Both the position numbers and the translations under genes were made by a program. The notes beneath the pieces were generated by a model. It was not told the DNA's origin. It was given only the letters and a program-made list of their open reading frames with translations, and did no database searches. DNA of 57,901 nucleotides, the filler included, from Sphacelaria rigidula (taxonomy: Eukaryota), in assembly GCA_964200075.2 (NCBI GenBank). It is 7 parts of 7 records of this genome, joined end to end, with 100 filler letters (N's around TTAATTAATTAA, not from the genome) between each part and the next. Parts side by side here need not be neighbours in the genome. Positions count along the whole stretch, not along the records: positions 24,862 to 33,046 come from CAXNAA020011984.1; positions 33,147 to 41,331 come from CAXNAA020011985.1; 5 more parts are not named here. One strand, given 5' to 3'. The number at the start of each line of letters is the position of its first letter. Position 1 is the stretch's first letter. Of this stretch, positions 25,420 to 38,074 are shown piece after piece.

Positions 25420-25742
25420 CACGCAACGCACACTTACCCTAGAATGCATGTTGCATTTCACTAGCCCAGGGGTCTCCCGTTTCGCAGGACGGAGTTAGGG
25501 TCAGTATTCGCGTAAGGTTCTGAGACATCATTTCCATAAAGTAAACCATAACAATCGAACAAGCGGCGAAAACCCTCAACACCTGACGAGATTCGCCATA
25601 TTCGGATCTTCCATTCTAAATTCCGACTCACATATGACCGGTAAGATGCATCCTCTCCGCCGAGCCAGATAGTGACATCATATTCGCTCCATCATATCTA
25701 CGCCCCAGAGGAGAGTCTCATGTTGGGGCATACCTGAATCTG

Positions 25743-25925
25743 TTTTCAAAACCAGCTCCCCGTAAGCGCTACAGCACACTACCGCCTTCATGGCGGTATT
25801 CATTTCGTGACACACATCGGTCGGTTTTCCCAACCAGCTCCCCATACGCGCTACAGCACACTACCGGCTTCGTGGCGGAATTCAATTCATAACACACATC
25901 GGCTGATTTTCAAAACCAAGTTCCT
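25743..25925. repeat. Tandem repeat, 82-bp unit x about 2.2
   Basis: ttttc..aaccagctcccc.ta.gcgctacagcacactaccg.cttc.tggcgg.attca.ttc.t.acacacatcgg starts at 25743 and 25825, with a partial copy at 25907. Confidence 0.9.
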
Positions 25926-27240
25926 GTCAGCATCGTCATGACGGTTCATCCCATCGACGTGCATGCACCGGCATCTTGTCTACATTACACTGCTACACGA
26001 TGGAATAATGGAACCCGCTGTCACACATGAAATGTACCGGAGCTGTTACGCTTCAAGTTATTCCTCACGCAGACACAGACAACACATTCACGTCGACTTC
26101 TGATATCAGTGACACCCTCCGAAACACGGGGCGATAACCTTTACCTCGTGCTCATGAGGTTTTGCGGGTGGCCCGGTTATTAAGAATGCTAGGAAATCAG
26201 ATGTGAAATAGTCATTTCGACGGCGAGATTCATTGCAAGTGTCTCCAATGGCATATGCGGCACAGTTTAGCGGATCTCCGAAACCATATAGTGATAATAC
26301 CGGTCCGCAAGATCCTACATCATTGAGGATGCCTATCTGCCGATGACCCCACATTTCAATCGGTTCATCGAATCTAGCGGCGTGCAACATTTCAGCAATT
26401 CATTGAAACGCGTATACTGAAATTGATGTATCGGACAGCATATAGCCGATTTTCGAAACCAGACACATGTAAGCACCAGTGTGGTGTGGTGCATATTACA
26501 CGAGCGGCAGGTACTCCCTAGGTACAACCTGACAAACGACGATTGATGACAATTGTTTGTTGTCATGAGGACTGTTGGGACTTGTGACGGATATGTCCAT
26601 GTTGACACCGGATGCGACAGTCAAGTATATTTCGATGGCGGTCGTTCGTGACTGGAGTCTTGACGGTGATGGTTGTCACAACGCACACGGCATAGTCAAC
26701 TGCCATCAGCGTACAATCTTTATCTAGGACCATGACCTGAATTTTGCGATGTAGCATTTTGTACAACATCAACAAGCGGGGACAATATATCGAGTACGGA
26801 GAAAAATGACGCCGGATCGAGATGTGAGTGCCGACATCTGGTGTCATGTTCTCAAAGGATATGGGAGCTCGTTGAGCGTGCTACAAACGTGCGCCGATGC
26901 AGTGTACAGCATCCCGGAGACGTCACAGCATCCTCAACTCCACGGTGATACTTCGATTTTATGGGGTCATATGCTTGTGTGTTACGATCTCTCACTTATG
27001 GCATGATTGGTGAGCAATACCTTGCTAGTTAGACCCAGAGGCACGCGATACTTGATAGTCTCTCGAAGCGCATCCCGCTAGCCCCATGCCTCCGCTCGTC
27101 GCACGATTATGAAATGTACTACGATTAATTGTAAATGTCGGTAACAATATGCCAGGCCGAACCATACCCTGACGTACAACGTCTCCATGTTCAGCCGCGG
27201 CGTAACTCCACCGCGCTGATTGGAATTGATATAGAGGGAC

Positions 27241-29046
27241 CCCGGCACCGGCGACGGTATCGAGCCTGTTGAGTCTCACAACCGTGGTATGGACAACGCC
27301 GAGGGCAGCGATGCCGATGATGCTCGGAATACCCGACTGGATAGGGCTCGAGGTGGGGGCGGAGGCGGAGAGGACCACACCAGCCTTGCGTGTTCCGGCA
27401 GCAGTCGATCGGCGGATAGTCATGCCGTCGGCAAGAGAAGTGGCGCAGACGCACGCCCTGTCAACCCTACACACGCGGCCATTTGGCTCCCTCCAAACTT
27501 CCTCCAGGTGGGTACACTTTTCGAGCCTCCAGATGAATTGAACGCCTCCGGAGGGGTGCGCACCCCTCCAGAGGAGATTTTTTGGTTTCCTTCAGGGGGG
27601 TTGAACGCCTCCGGGGGCTTATTCTTTCCTCCGGAGGGGTGCGCGACCCTCCGGAGGAATTTGGGGGTATGCGCGGCCCTCCGGGTCGGTAGAGTTTGGC
27701 CCCCTCCAGAGGGATTGAAGGCCTCCGGAGGCTTGTTTTCCCCCTGGAGAGCCGCGCATCCCTCCCGAGGCATTTTGGGGTGTAGCCGAATGGCCGCGTG
27801 TGTAAGCGGAGAAAGGAGGGCAAACGCCGAAAGTTCCCCGCCCCTCAGAAGAAGCCTTCGTCCGCACCTCCTCCACAACCGCCACTACCTGACATCTCGG
27901 ACGAAGGCACCATCGCAATTCACGGTGCTGATCGTGGGAATAGCGACACCAACCGCAACAATGCCGGCGGTGCGAAGTGTGGGGAAAGTCGTCGCACAAG
28001 ACAAAAATAACCTGATGGAGGCGGGCTCGCCGACAGGGATCGCGGCGGTGACGGTGATCCTGAAGAGAAGAGCTGCGATGGTGATCCTAAGGAGAACGGC
28101 GCTACGGTTTTCATCAACAGAAGATGCAAGGAAGATGGCGTCTTTTCATCTGATGAAGATGACAACTTGAGTGAGCCCACTTCACCATCCTAGTCAGAAG
28201 CCGAGGGGACCGTCATCGACCTTGTTCGAGATGACAGGGCAGACAATCATATCGCACTAGACTCTGGCGGCGTTTTGGCTAGTGCAAGTCCCGTGCACCC
28301 TCCTGAAGGGTGAGGATATGTTACAGTGCGCACATTTCATGGGAATATGATTGTCGGTCGAATGTCGAAACTACAGACAAAATGCATGTGCCAACGGATA
28401 ACGTAATGGGGTACAGCGGTGCCCACCCTGCGAGAAACCTTGAAAAAAATTAACGCATCCGGTCTCTGAAACCGAGTCGGCGCTATTTAGTTTCCCTGAA
28501 TGAACATCCTGAAACTCCATTTTTTCTGCATGGATCATTTCATAACGCGGGCTGTCACCAAATGCTTCATGACGCCGGTGTTCGTCCGCATCCCAACGTT
28601 TGCACCGCAGTCTTACGGAGAAAAGCGAGAGATCATAGAGAATACCCGCACAAAGATCTCCCAGGGATTGGTCCCCGATAAGGAGGCGGACGGGTGGAAG
28701 GCGGCGGTTTCTGACATGCGCGAGGCAGTTGATCGTGACGATTTCATAAGGAGCCATGAATCCCACTTGTTCGCAACCTGTACGTCGGCGACCGCATTCG
28801 AAAGGGTGAATACCAGTTACTGGACCATGCCCGAGAAGAGGGTGGGTATGTAAGCTGTCCTCGTCCGACTTCGATGACGCTGCATCGAGACAGTACATGT
28901 TTTTCCCCGGGGATGGGGATGGATCCCTACTCCAACTAGTTTGGGGTGGAAAAGCGAAGTTCCCGACGTCTGACGCGGATGCCGTTATGCGGCGCAACAG
29001 GAAAGAAGGTCTAGAGAGTAGACGTACGACTCAGGGCGGGAGTTGA
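27241..29046 (+). pseudogene. Decayed intronless ORF of unknown identity, interrupted by a MITE
   Basis: ORF 27289 joins in frame to ORF 27798 once 27470-27804 is removed. The same frame continues through several stops into ORF 28500..28853. Confidence 0.55.
27470..27802. mobile_element. 333-bp MITE with TA target duplication (Tc1/mariner-like)
   Basis: TA-CACACGCGGCCATTTGGCT ... AGCCGAATGGCCGCGTGTG-TA. The interior is packed with CCTCC(G/A)GAGG palindromes. Confidence 0.85.
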
Positions 29047-30742
29047 GCCGGCCAGGGCTGAGTAGGAGTTGGTGCCGCAGATGTAGCGTGCAGGCATCTT
29101 CAGACCGTTTACATAGGGGGGGCGCGACATATTAGCTTCATTCCGCCGCAGGAACCGCTCGGCGATATACACCACAGTCCCCGCCGAGTGGAAAGTTTCC
29201 CCCACTGTGTAGTGCAATTGATTGAATTCCTATGCAGAAGAAAGGAAGCAAGGCTGCTTCGTGTCCCGAGACGTCCGCGAACGTCTCGGAGTTTCGTTTT
29301 GCAGGATACATACGGTGGCTGTCCCACCCCTTGACGCCTTGGCCCGTAGGTCGTGCCGACATATATGTACTGTGCAGTTTTGGATGTTTGACGAACGTTA
29401 GCAGGAACATGCTCCTCGGATGGCTTGTGTGGCGTGGGCATGGCGCTTTCAGGTTGTGATGTTGCCTCTCAATGAAAGTCTTCAATACGTGGTCCACGTA
29501 ATGCCCATGTCATCAGCATGACCGGTTTCATTTTATTATGACTAATTTGCCGCTGCTCGCATCGGCTTCAGGCACATGTACCGGGGGGCGTAGTGGGCTC
29601 GAATTTACTCTCAGGAAGGCTAGCATCACTCTATCATGCTGGTTCCCGGATGACAGACATTTTGGACATCCCACCAAAAGGGTCAAAGGCGAGCGAATGG
29701 AGCGAGGCTGCGAATCTACTATTGGGCTCCTTTGCAGCAATTTCGCCCACTTGAGAGGCGTGTAGCAGTCCAAAATGAGCTATAACGCCCAAAGGTATCG
29801 CTTCGTGCAGCACAAAACCGGCTCTAACGGCACTTATGATCATCACCTCCGTGCACTTTTTTGACCGGTTTAGGGGGGGCTATCTCGGCATTAGTCCAGG
29901 ACAAAAGTCAACAAAAGCAAAGTACAAAAAGAAATGGCCGACCTAAAGTGAAAAAAAAAGAAGGAAAAAAATAAACGTACGTGTCAGTAACGCCGTTAGG
30001 AACTCCAATTTTATTTTCGAGCCCATGGGACGCTAATATGTAAACGAACAGAGATGAAGAAAACAACAACGTGCTCTGAACGACCTACCCCTGTAGCTTT
30101 GCTGCGGACCACCAGATGCGTGACAAGGCAATAAGGACAGCACCGCACAAGGGGATGGCAGGTCGGTTGGTTGACAAACCACGAACAGAGCAGTGGTGGG
30201 TGGCTATGAAGCTCACCATGATAGTTATGCCTGTGAATGAAGGCCTTAGCGACCAAAATCCGTTCCCCACGAAAAAACAAATGAATGCGGAGGGATATTG
30301 AAGACGTATTGAAGACGACATAGAGTGGTCGGACCTACGCCGAACCTCTGCCGAACATAACAAGCGCACCATCCCAAGTTACCTAAGTTTAGTATGCGAC
30401 AGCTGTGAATTTTTCATCGCTATCTCGAGACAGAAAGCAAACCGGCCTCTGGAACTTCACAGCCCTCCGCCACACACACAAGACGTAGTGAGTTTGGAGG
30501 CGGTGTTGCTCTATTCGCCACAGCGGATCCGAAAAGCACCAGAACGTTGCAGGAAACTCGCGTTTTAGTACATTTTGTGTTTGGTGCAGCGGTTCTCAAA
30601 GTGCTGCGTCCTCTGCGACACGCGTACGGAAACCGCTTTTGAAATTCACTAGTTCTGGTGTGTGGAAAGCGCACGCATCAAACCGCAGTCCAATCCTCTG
30701 CGTCGTTGTCGAGAAAGTAGAATTGAAAAATCGGCAGTTGAC

Positions 30743-31181
30743 ACGGGATCTTACAAATTGGGGATGGATCCTTTATTGGGGATGAGAAACCCGAATAATT
30801 AAAATTTTCGTATCCACACCAAATCTTCGAAATATGGTCCCATTTCTTCACCTACTGATAGTTATTGACAACTGCTACACGCCATAGAAAATTGGATTTC
30901 AATCGCCGAAATGTTGGGGTCCTAGGTGAAGAACCAATTTTGGGGAATCCCGGGTGTCCGAACGGACGCCTAAATGGTACCGAAATAGTTTTTTTCACCT
31001 AAGACCCCAACATTTCGGTGATTGAAATCCAAATTTCTATGGTGTATAGCAGTTGTCAATAGCTATCAGTAGGTGAAGAAATGGGACCATATTTCGAAGA
31101 TTTGGTGTGGATACGAAGATTTCAATTCTCCGCGTTTCTCATCCCCAATTGAACACCCATCGCCAATTTGTAAGATCCCGT
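30743..31181. mobile_element. About 440-bp foldback element (arms about 190 bp)
   Basis: ACGGGATCTTACAAATTGG...tcgtatccacaccaaatcttcgaaatatggtcccatttcttcacctactgatag is mirrored to CCAATTTGTAAGATCCCGT. A further copy begins at about 32990-33046 at the contig end. Confidence 0.9.
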
Positions 31182-32697
31182 CTTACTTGTGGGTTGAGGA
31201 CCAGCAGCTTCGGTCTAGTTGAAAAATGGGAAGCAGCGATCATGTTTTCCGTAACTGACTGTGCATAATAATAACAACATGTAAACAAAGCAACGTCGGA
31301 CAAGTTTCGTTTTGAGGGGCGTGTATCTTCTGTGCTGCCATGTGCTGCTTATTTTTTCTATGCGCCTGTGCACAAAGGACTATTTGTCATCCTCACATGG
31401 CGTACAACAAACCGCATTGTTTGCTCCTATCAAAATCGGCTGTTTTGTGTCAACGCTGTCCAGCGCACAAGCCAAGGCGTCGAGCGCGGTCTTTTCTATC
31501 TTCGATGTACTGCCTTTACGTGAACGAAGATAGCCACGACCTTGCCACGACCGGTAATTGCCTCTGAGCACCAACGACAATTTGACAATTTTTTGCATTC
31601 TCAATGTTCGCGAGGCATCGTAACGAAGCGCATGTTTTTTGTGAGCGCCAAGCGATTTGGGATGGCGGTTTGCTCTCTGCGGCTGTGCCAAGCAACTTCG
31701 CAGTACAACAGCGAGTATCCTTCACCTCTCGAATTGCAATGGGCGAGGTCACACATGAAAGTCGCCAAGCGCAGAAACCGACGTGTGAAGAGCGGTTGTG
31801 TCAACCGTCGATGTACTGCGATTCACTGACTGATGAGAGCGATGATGTCTACTACGGCGACTGGCCACTGCAGCCTGTGTACACTGAGAACAGTGTGTTA
31901 ACATCGCGTTTTGAAACTTCCAGTTTCGATCGAACGGCAGCATTCGATCAGTGGTGACATTTGTTTCCGTTGGGCGTCGTTACGTGCTGCGCCGTTGTGT
32001 GCGAATGTGTTGAAAGGGCAATTCCTCCTCTCAACATCGTGTACCCTTCGTCCATCTACTTGAAACCCGCGGCTCCACACAGCCTTTTTGCTGCATATGA
32101 TTCGAGGACAGAACTCAAGGCATGTACAGGCAGTTTTTTAAACGTTCGTGGACGCTAGCTATCACCGACCCGGCCGGCTGATGCTGTTTTGTGACTGCTA
32201 GAATATATTCTCTCTGTCCGAAATTTTAATTCCCATTTGGGAATTCGGAATATAAGGTCGGTTTGTCGTTCAGAGTGTTGCAAGAGCGTTGCAAGAAGTT
32301 TGTCTGCCTCATTTTTTTTTGCCGTTCTCCCAATGGTAGTACTGTTGAAGAAATGGCCAAAAACAGGGGATGGTTCGTTTTCATCCCCTCCCATGTTTGT
32401 TTTTGGCCTCAGACGGATTTGCCGAAGATCTGGTCAGCAAGGCCGGATGTTATGGCAAACAGATTTTTGGCCCACGGATTGTTCACTTTTGGTGCATTTG
32501 AGCCACTTTTTGACCTCCGAACAGGGGAAGCCGCCGCCGCACGTCTTGGACACTTTGCATCACCCCACAGAGAGGAGCCTAGTCTGCTTTTCAGATTCGC
32601 CTGGCTCCGAGGTTTCGAGTTGGCCGCTGAACAAAACTTCGTGCGCACAAATCTGTGCTTGCCGACCCTCGGCAAACTGACACCCCTACCGTAGCAT

Positions 32698-32890
32698 TGC
32701 TACGGTTTTAGATGCACAAAAACATGAATCAGGGCATCCCCTTTGCAAATTAATTTGGGATATCCCCAGCACATTGGAGTAGTAACCCTGGCGTACTTTC
32801 ACATATTCTCATAGGTCGTGTTTTGCATGAGATAAAGGGCTCCCAACATTTCTAACCTCATAAAATATTTGTGCACCCCTACCGTAGCAT
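32698..32890 (-). mobile_element. MITE, ATGCTACG-TIR subfamily 1, internally deleted, abutting another TIR end
   Basis: Reverse complement of 11733-11971. Ends GTGCACCCCTACCGTAGCAT and is directly preceded by a separate end, CACCCCTACCGTAGCAT (32681-32697). Confidence 0.75.
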
Positions 32891-33046
32891 CACTCTTTGC
32901 AGGAAATTGATCAATTAACATTGACAAAATCCGAAACGTTTCGTGGGCGTTGCGGGGTGTATGTTTGCCTCTAACAGCCAATCATCTATGTTGAGGATGG
33001 TGCTTTTGATTGAGGATGAGAACCCGGAGGATTAAAATCTTCGTAT

Positions 33047-33146
33047 NNNNNNNNNNNNNNNNNNNNNNNNNNNNNNNNNNNNNNNNNNNNTTAATTAATT
33101 AANNNNNNNNNNNNNNNNNNNNNNNNNNNNNNNNNNNNNNNNNNNN
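33047..33146. other. Artificial contig spacer
   Basis: N44-TTAATTAATTAA-N44. Confidence 0.97.
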
Positions 33147-33181
<35 letters not shown>

Positions 33182-33192
33182 GGGGTGGGGGT

Positions 33193-33223
<31 letters not shown>

Positions 33224-34571
33224 ACTCATGACCTTGAGACGGGGGATGTAGTATCGCATTGGCTGTGCTGTAAATTGCAGGCACAAGGCCCGTACATGGG
33301 GATGGTTTTACAGTGAAATAAATTATTTGCGCTACCCGCGATTATGGCCGAGCGTTCGAGAACGGCACCCGGCAAACACTGAGGACCCGTTGAAAATCAG
33401 GCGAAGAACTAGAACATGGGACATGACCTGTTTCACTGTACTGCAGCACAAACATACTCACGTCCGCTCTCATTTGCTGTAGATATCACTATCGTTGTGT
33501 GGTGTGTTCAGACCTTGCGAAGACGGTTTGATCTCCGCTGAGATTGCCTGAGCTGTTGTATAGTTGTGTTCGTCTCTCTGTAAAGTCTAGTACCGTTCGG
33601 GACGGAGTGCAGTCTGCACCCTTGACTGTTGAAAACTTCATGTTACCGAGATCCATCATTTGCCGTTTGCGCGAACAGAACATGGCTGCGAGTAAAAACA
33701 CACAACCAGCGCCGGTATGCAGCGCTCGACCGGCTGGGTCAGACCCCGTGCTTCGATGAAAGGAACAGCCCACAGCATAGTGGGGACATACTGCACCGTC
33801 AGGGTACTGCTTGCACCCGTCAGGATGGCGGCCGCTTCCGTTAGCATCGGCGCCAGCGCTCGCGGCCACGGAAAGACGCAACCAGCCATACCAAGACTGG
33901 GGTATACCGATTCACGAGCATCGCAACGACGTCCTGCGTCGGCAATGTGCCACTCGCTGTCTGCTTGTCTGCTCGCAGCTTCGTTTCTCTGTTGCTGTTC
34001 CATCCGTCCCGGCCCTACCGCTCACTCCTGTATTTGTAGTACGTACACTACAGGTGTGACTCCAGTGTGCGAGCCAGTTACAAGCATTTTTCACCACGAG
34101 CTGGGCCCGCTGGCAGTGATTTTCGAATCAAGAGTGGAGATGTGATCGGCAATTCGAAGAAGTTAGGCGCTGAAATTTTGACACGACATTTTGATCATCA
34201 ACCCGGGCAACCCTATTAGTGGAGTAGAGGGGAAACACACACACACACGTACACACAGGACATTAAAGCGAGTTGAAGTTTCAGAAAAAAAAAATCTATA
34301 TTTTTTTCTATTGTCGCACTTTAACTGACCCATATAACATCCTCATTGAAAATTGAAAAAAACGACAACAACGCTCCAACACATACGGGCACTCGCGTCA
34401 ACGACATGCTGGTAAACTTTCAGCCAAAAACACCTCAAATTGGGCGCCGCATCGCACTTTTCGTGTGACGCGGCCGCGCCTCTTTAATTCAAGTGACGCA
34501 GGAGACTCCAATTTTATGGAGGTCCTGAGTTCGAATCCCGACAGGTTCTCTCTCTTATTTTTCGTCCGTCG

Positions 34572-34676
34572 TTAACCCTTCGACCGCGAGGTTAGTCTTC
34601 TGTTGAATCGGCATCAATTTCAAGTGAAAAAAAGTATGCATGATCCAGAAAGACTAATCTCGCGGTCTAAGGGTCA
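34572..34676 (+). mobile_element. Solo piggyBac-like MITE
   Basis: TTAA-CCCTTCGACCGCGAG...CTCGCGGTCTAAGGG-TCAA with the family core sequence. Confidence 0.75.
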
Positions 34677-35673
34677 AGGTCATATTTTATGCTGTACATT
34701 TTTTTTCATCACTTTTTTTCATTCAGCGGCGGTGCCATGTGTTCCCGGGTTGGTCTACACTTCACAGCGATATGCTCAAGTCGCGATGGTTTGGAAAACT
34801 TTAGAAGTTGTGGTGTGGAAAGCGAATGCGGGATTCACTGCTGGCCCAGCTCGTACACAATTCACTACTAAGATCGCATTTCATCGGCGCTAGATCCCGC
34901 CGATTTCTCACGGGAGGGCCTCTGATCGGTTGAATTCCACATTCCACTACAAAAACCTACCCCCATGAATGGGCGTTGTGCCAACATACAGCAAGATACC
35001 CCGCTTTGCAAGAATCGCGAGCGAACCCTACGAGTACCGAAACCCGATATCCTTTTGACGGGTGATAATTGGTTGAGCGGTCGGTTGAGTGATTGCCTTT
35101 CCTTTACTGCTTCACAACGAACGCAGCTGCGATCTCAAAAGAAAGAACATCGAATGTCACTAATCATTGTGTACAGGTATCAATCAGATACACTCGTCAC
35201 AAAAAAAACAAGAAAAGATCAGTAGTAAGAGTATTGCGGCAACCTCATTGTCTCACCAAAGCTGTCGTAGTACGTGGAAGAATCGCCCGCACTATCCTTC
35301 GCAGTGCTAATCCCCTTGTGTCATCTGTCTTTTCTTGTTTTTTCTTTTGTTTCCCTTTTCTGTCGGTGTGCTTTTCTCGGCAAACCTAATTTAAATTTCT
35401 TCTCAACCCCTTGAGCTTGGGGAAGCTACTTTTTATATTTTCCTTGGCGTCTTCATTTTAGCTGATCGCGTTTTGTTATTGTAGTTAGGCTGGAGTCTAA
35501 AAAAAAATGACGGAGGGCTCTTATTTCTTGCAAGGAATAGCAGGGATGATATTAGAAGGACGAGCCGACGTCTGCGACCACGGGTTCGAGAATTCAGACT
35601 AATGTGCGGAAAAATAAAAAATAATGATCCTTCCCAGTGCACTACTTTTGTTTTTAAAATACGGCGGCGGGCC

Positions 35674-36758
35674 CATGGGTACGGGTCAAATTATATAACG
35701 CACATTCTAATTTCAAGTCATTCAAGTTTAATTATTACCAGTCCCTCTACATTATAAAACGCATGATATAACGCATACTTGATTTTGGTATGGACTCCGT
35801 CACACTCGTGTTCGGCCGGCCTTATGGTCCACGCAGCCACTGCAGCCACCGCAGCCACAGTAGAGGACTGTACTGTGCTGCGGAAAGATGGTATCCAGGA
35901 CACCAACGGCCCCGCAAGGAGTACTTTGTCTTTCTGTATACGGGTTGGTGTACCCAACCTTCGCTATGAGCGTCGTCGTGCCTGCCGTATGATTGCGGTG
36001 GCGGGGGTTGGCGTTGCAGTCTCTATTTTTGCGGTTAGCAAGCTTCCGCCTCCTGTATCCTGCACGGCTTTGGATACGGGGCATGAGATAAGGCGGTGCT
36101 ATTGTTGTTGCTGTGCGTTGTTTCATGCTCCCTGATGGCATAACCTCAGGAAAGGACTATATCGGCATTAATGCTGCTTCTGTAGCTCTCTAGTGTTGGC
36201 CGTCGTGCTTTTGTTCGGGATGGCTCGTGTTGATCGGTGCCGTACAGACAGAACTCACGCGATGCCCACCGCCTGGACAGGGTTGGCGCATCTTGCGGTA
36301 AATATACAGTTGGTACCGCGACAGAAATTGTTGGGAGATGCAATGGCGAAGACGACCGAGCACTCTACACACGGGACATCAAACAGCTAACGCAAACATG
36401 CATTCCTCTTGCGTGTGCAATCCCGTGTGCTCGAGCACAGCCCTCCTTCGAAGGTACCGTATACCGCATAAGCTTGCTTCATGATGACATGGTGCCTGTA
36501 AAAATATCACCGATATACTGAACTGTTCTGGGCTGTAGCCAGCGAGCGGAGGAAAATGAAGCCCAGACCGGGCTTGGACAGAAAAAAAAACCCCAAGCAG
36601 TTCAATCTCATTAACCTCCCTGCGGCACATGGGGCTTGAGTAGCGCACGTGTGTCCATCAACAGAGAAATCCAGGGTTAAATCCGTTCAAGAATCATGGA
36701 AAACAACGAAAAAATTGATGATTTTAGTTTAACTATTATATAACGACCCGTACCCATG
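35674..36758. mobile_element. About 1.08-kb segment bounded by inverted repeats
   Basis: CATGGGTACGGGTC-aaattatataa at 35674 and ttatataac-GACCCGTACCCATG ending at 36758 (14-bp perfect IR). No TSD seen. Confidence 0.5.
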
Positions 36759-37223
36759 AACTCGGTGCCCTTTTGTTTGATACTCACGCAGGTATGTTGC
36801 GCCCGACTCTACACCAGAAAGGTCCCGCAATACTATTGTTCCGAAATGAGGCATTCCGAAAGGAGGCATGGCAGCCAAGAGAGTGCTACGTGCGGTATAG
36901 AAAGTACAGCGCGCCTGGTGGGAGTGTGGGATTCGTGAATGCGGGAACTACCGCCCCAGTGGGTAAGCTCACGCTGCACGGGCGTCAAGGTATTTCATCG
37001 TCCCATCATAGCTATCATAACGTGGAAGAATCGCCGGCACTCTCTCCCTGGCGATATTTGGATACCTACTGTACTTAACCTAGTATATTATCGGCACAAG
37101 ATTATTTTTTCAATGTTTCACCCCGTAATTAGAAAAATTGCGCCGCGCATAGCGTGTGGACGGACGGAGGCGACGGAGCCTTGGCCGGCCCGGCTCGTAT
37201 AAACACTCGTATCCGCGACGCAC

Positions 37224-37284
37224 CTGTGGGAATACCGAGGAACACCAGCAGCCCAGATATCACCGCGAGAGCTGATGTGCTGTA
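37224..37284 (-). CDS. MFS transporter exon
   Basis: Acceptor aagcag|TAC and donor ACAG|gtgcgt. Encodes the hydrophobic helix YSTSALAVISGLLVFLGIPT(G), in phase with the upstream exon. Confidence 0.7.
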
Positions 37285-37863
37285 CTGCTTGCACCCAGGA
37301 TCATGGAAGCCGTGCAACATTTCCAGCGCGTTTACGATCACCGCAGCCGACAAAGAACGTAGGAGCAACATGAGCATGGTCATCATCAGCACCATTACCA
37401 CCAACAACAACACCTACCATGGCAGATAGATATGCAGAATAGACACGCTGCAGGGAGCAAGCGATCAAAGGAGAAGCTGAGAGAAAACATCCGCCTGGAA
37501 ACACACACAGTAACTGTGACTTAACGTGCCATACGTAAAAACGCCATTCAGTAGGTGGGGATTGAATCTAATACCGTGCGTGTCGATGCCCCCGTAGTCC
37601 AAAGCGCCGTACCCACGCTAAGTACCAGGGGATTCGGGTAACCCCCGTGCGTGACGGAGGAAAACACCTCCCGACGATCCGTTTTCCCAGTACAAAGCGC
37701 CTCGCCCACACTTAGCACCGTAGGGTTGAGGTTACACTGTATGTTTTTTTCTCTGGCATACAGCGCCGCATCCGCAGCTATCACCGAATATTGAAAGAAA
37801 AAAAAGACAGTGCAAATTATCCACGTAATACCCGCTTTTCCCCCCCTCTAACCAGCCACGTAC

Positions 37864-37998
37864 CGTGACGATACGCCACTGATCTCCAACACCTCCCGCA
37901 CCAACAATCAAGTGCGGTAGCGACGATCCAAGCCCCAGTCCCCCTATGATTGTCCCAAGCGCAACACCTCTCCGGTACTTGAACCACGTTGATATCAA
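37864..37998 (-). CDS. MFS transporter exon (TM5 region)
   Basis: Acceptor ctctgccatgcag|TTG and donor ACG|gtacgt. Encodes LISTWFKYRRGVALGTIIGGLGLGSSLPHLIVGAGGVGDQWRIVT, containing the typical MFS WF-x3-RG-x-A-x-G motif. Confidence 0.8.
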
Positions 37999-38074
37999 CT
38001 GCATGGCAGAGCGGCGTACAATGGAGTTGGCACGAAGGGGACGGGGGGACGGGGCGAAGGGGGGACGGGGGGAC

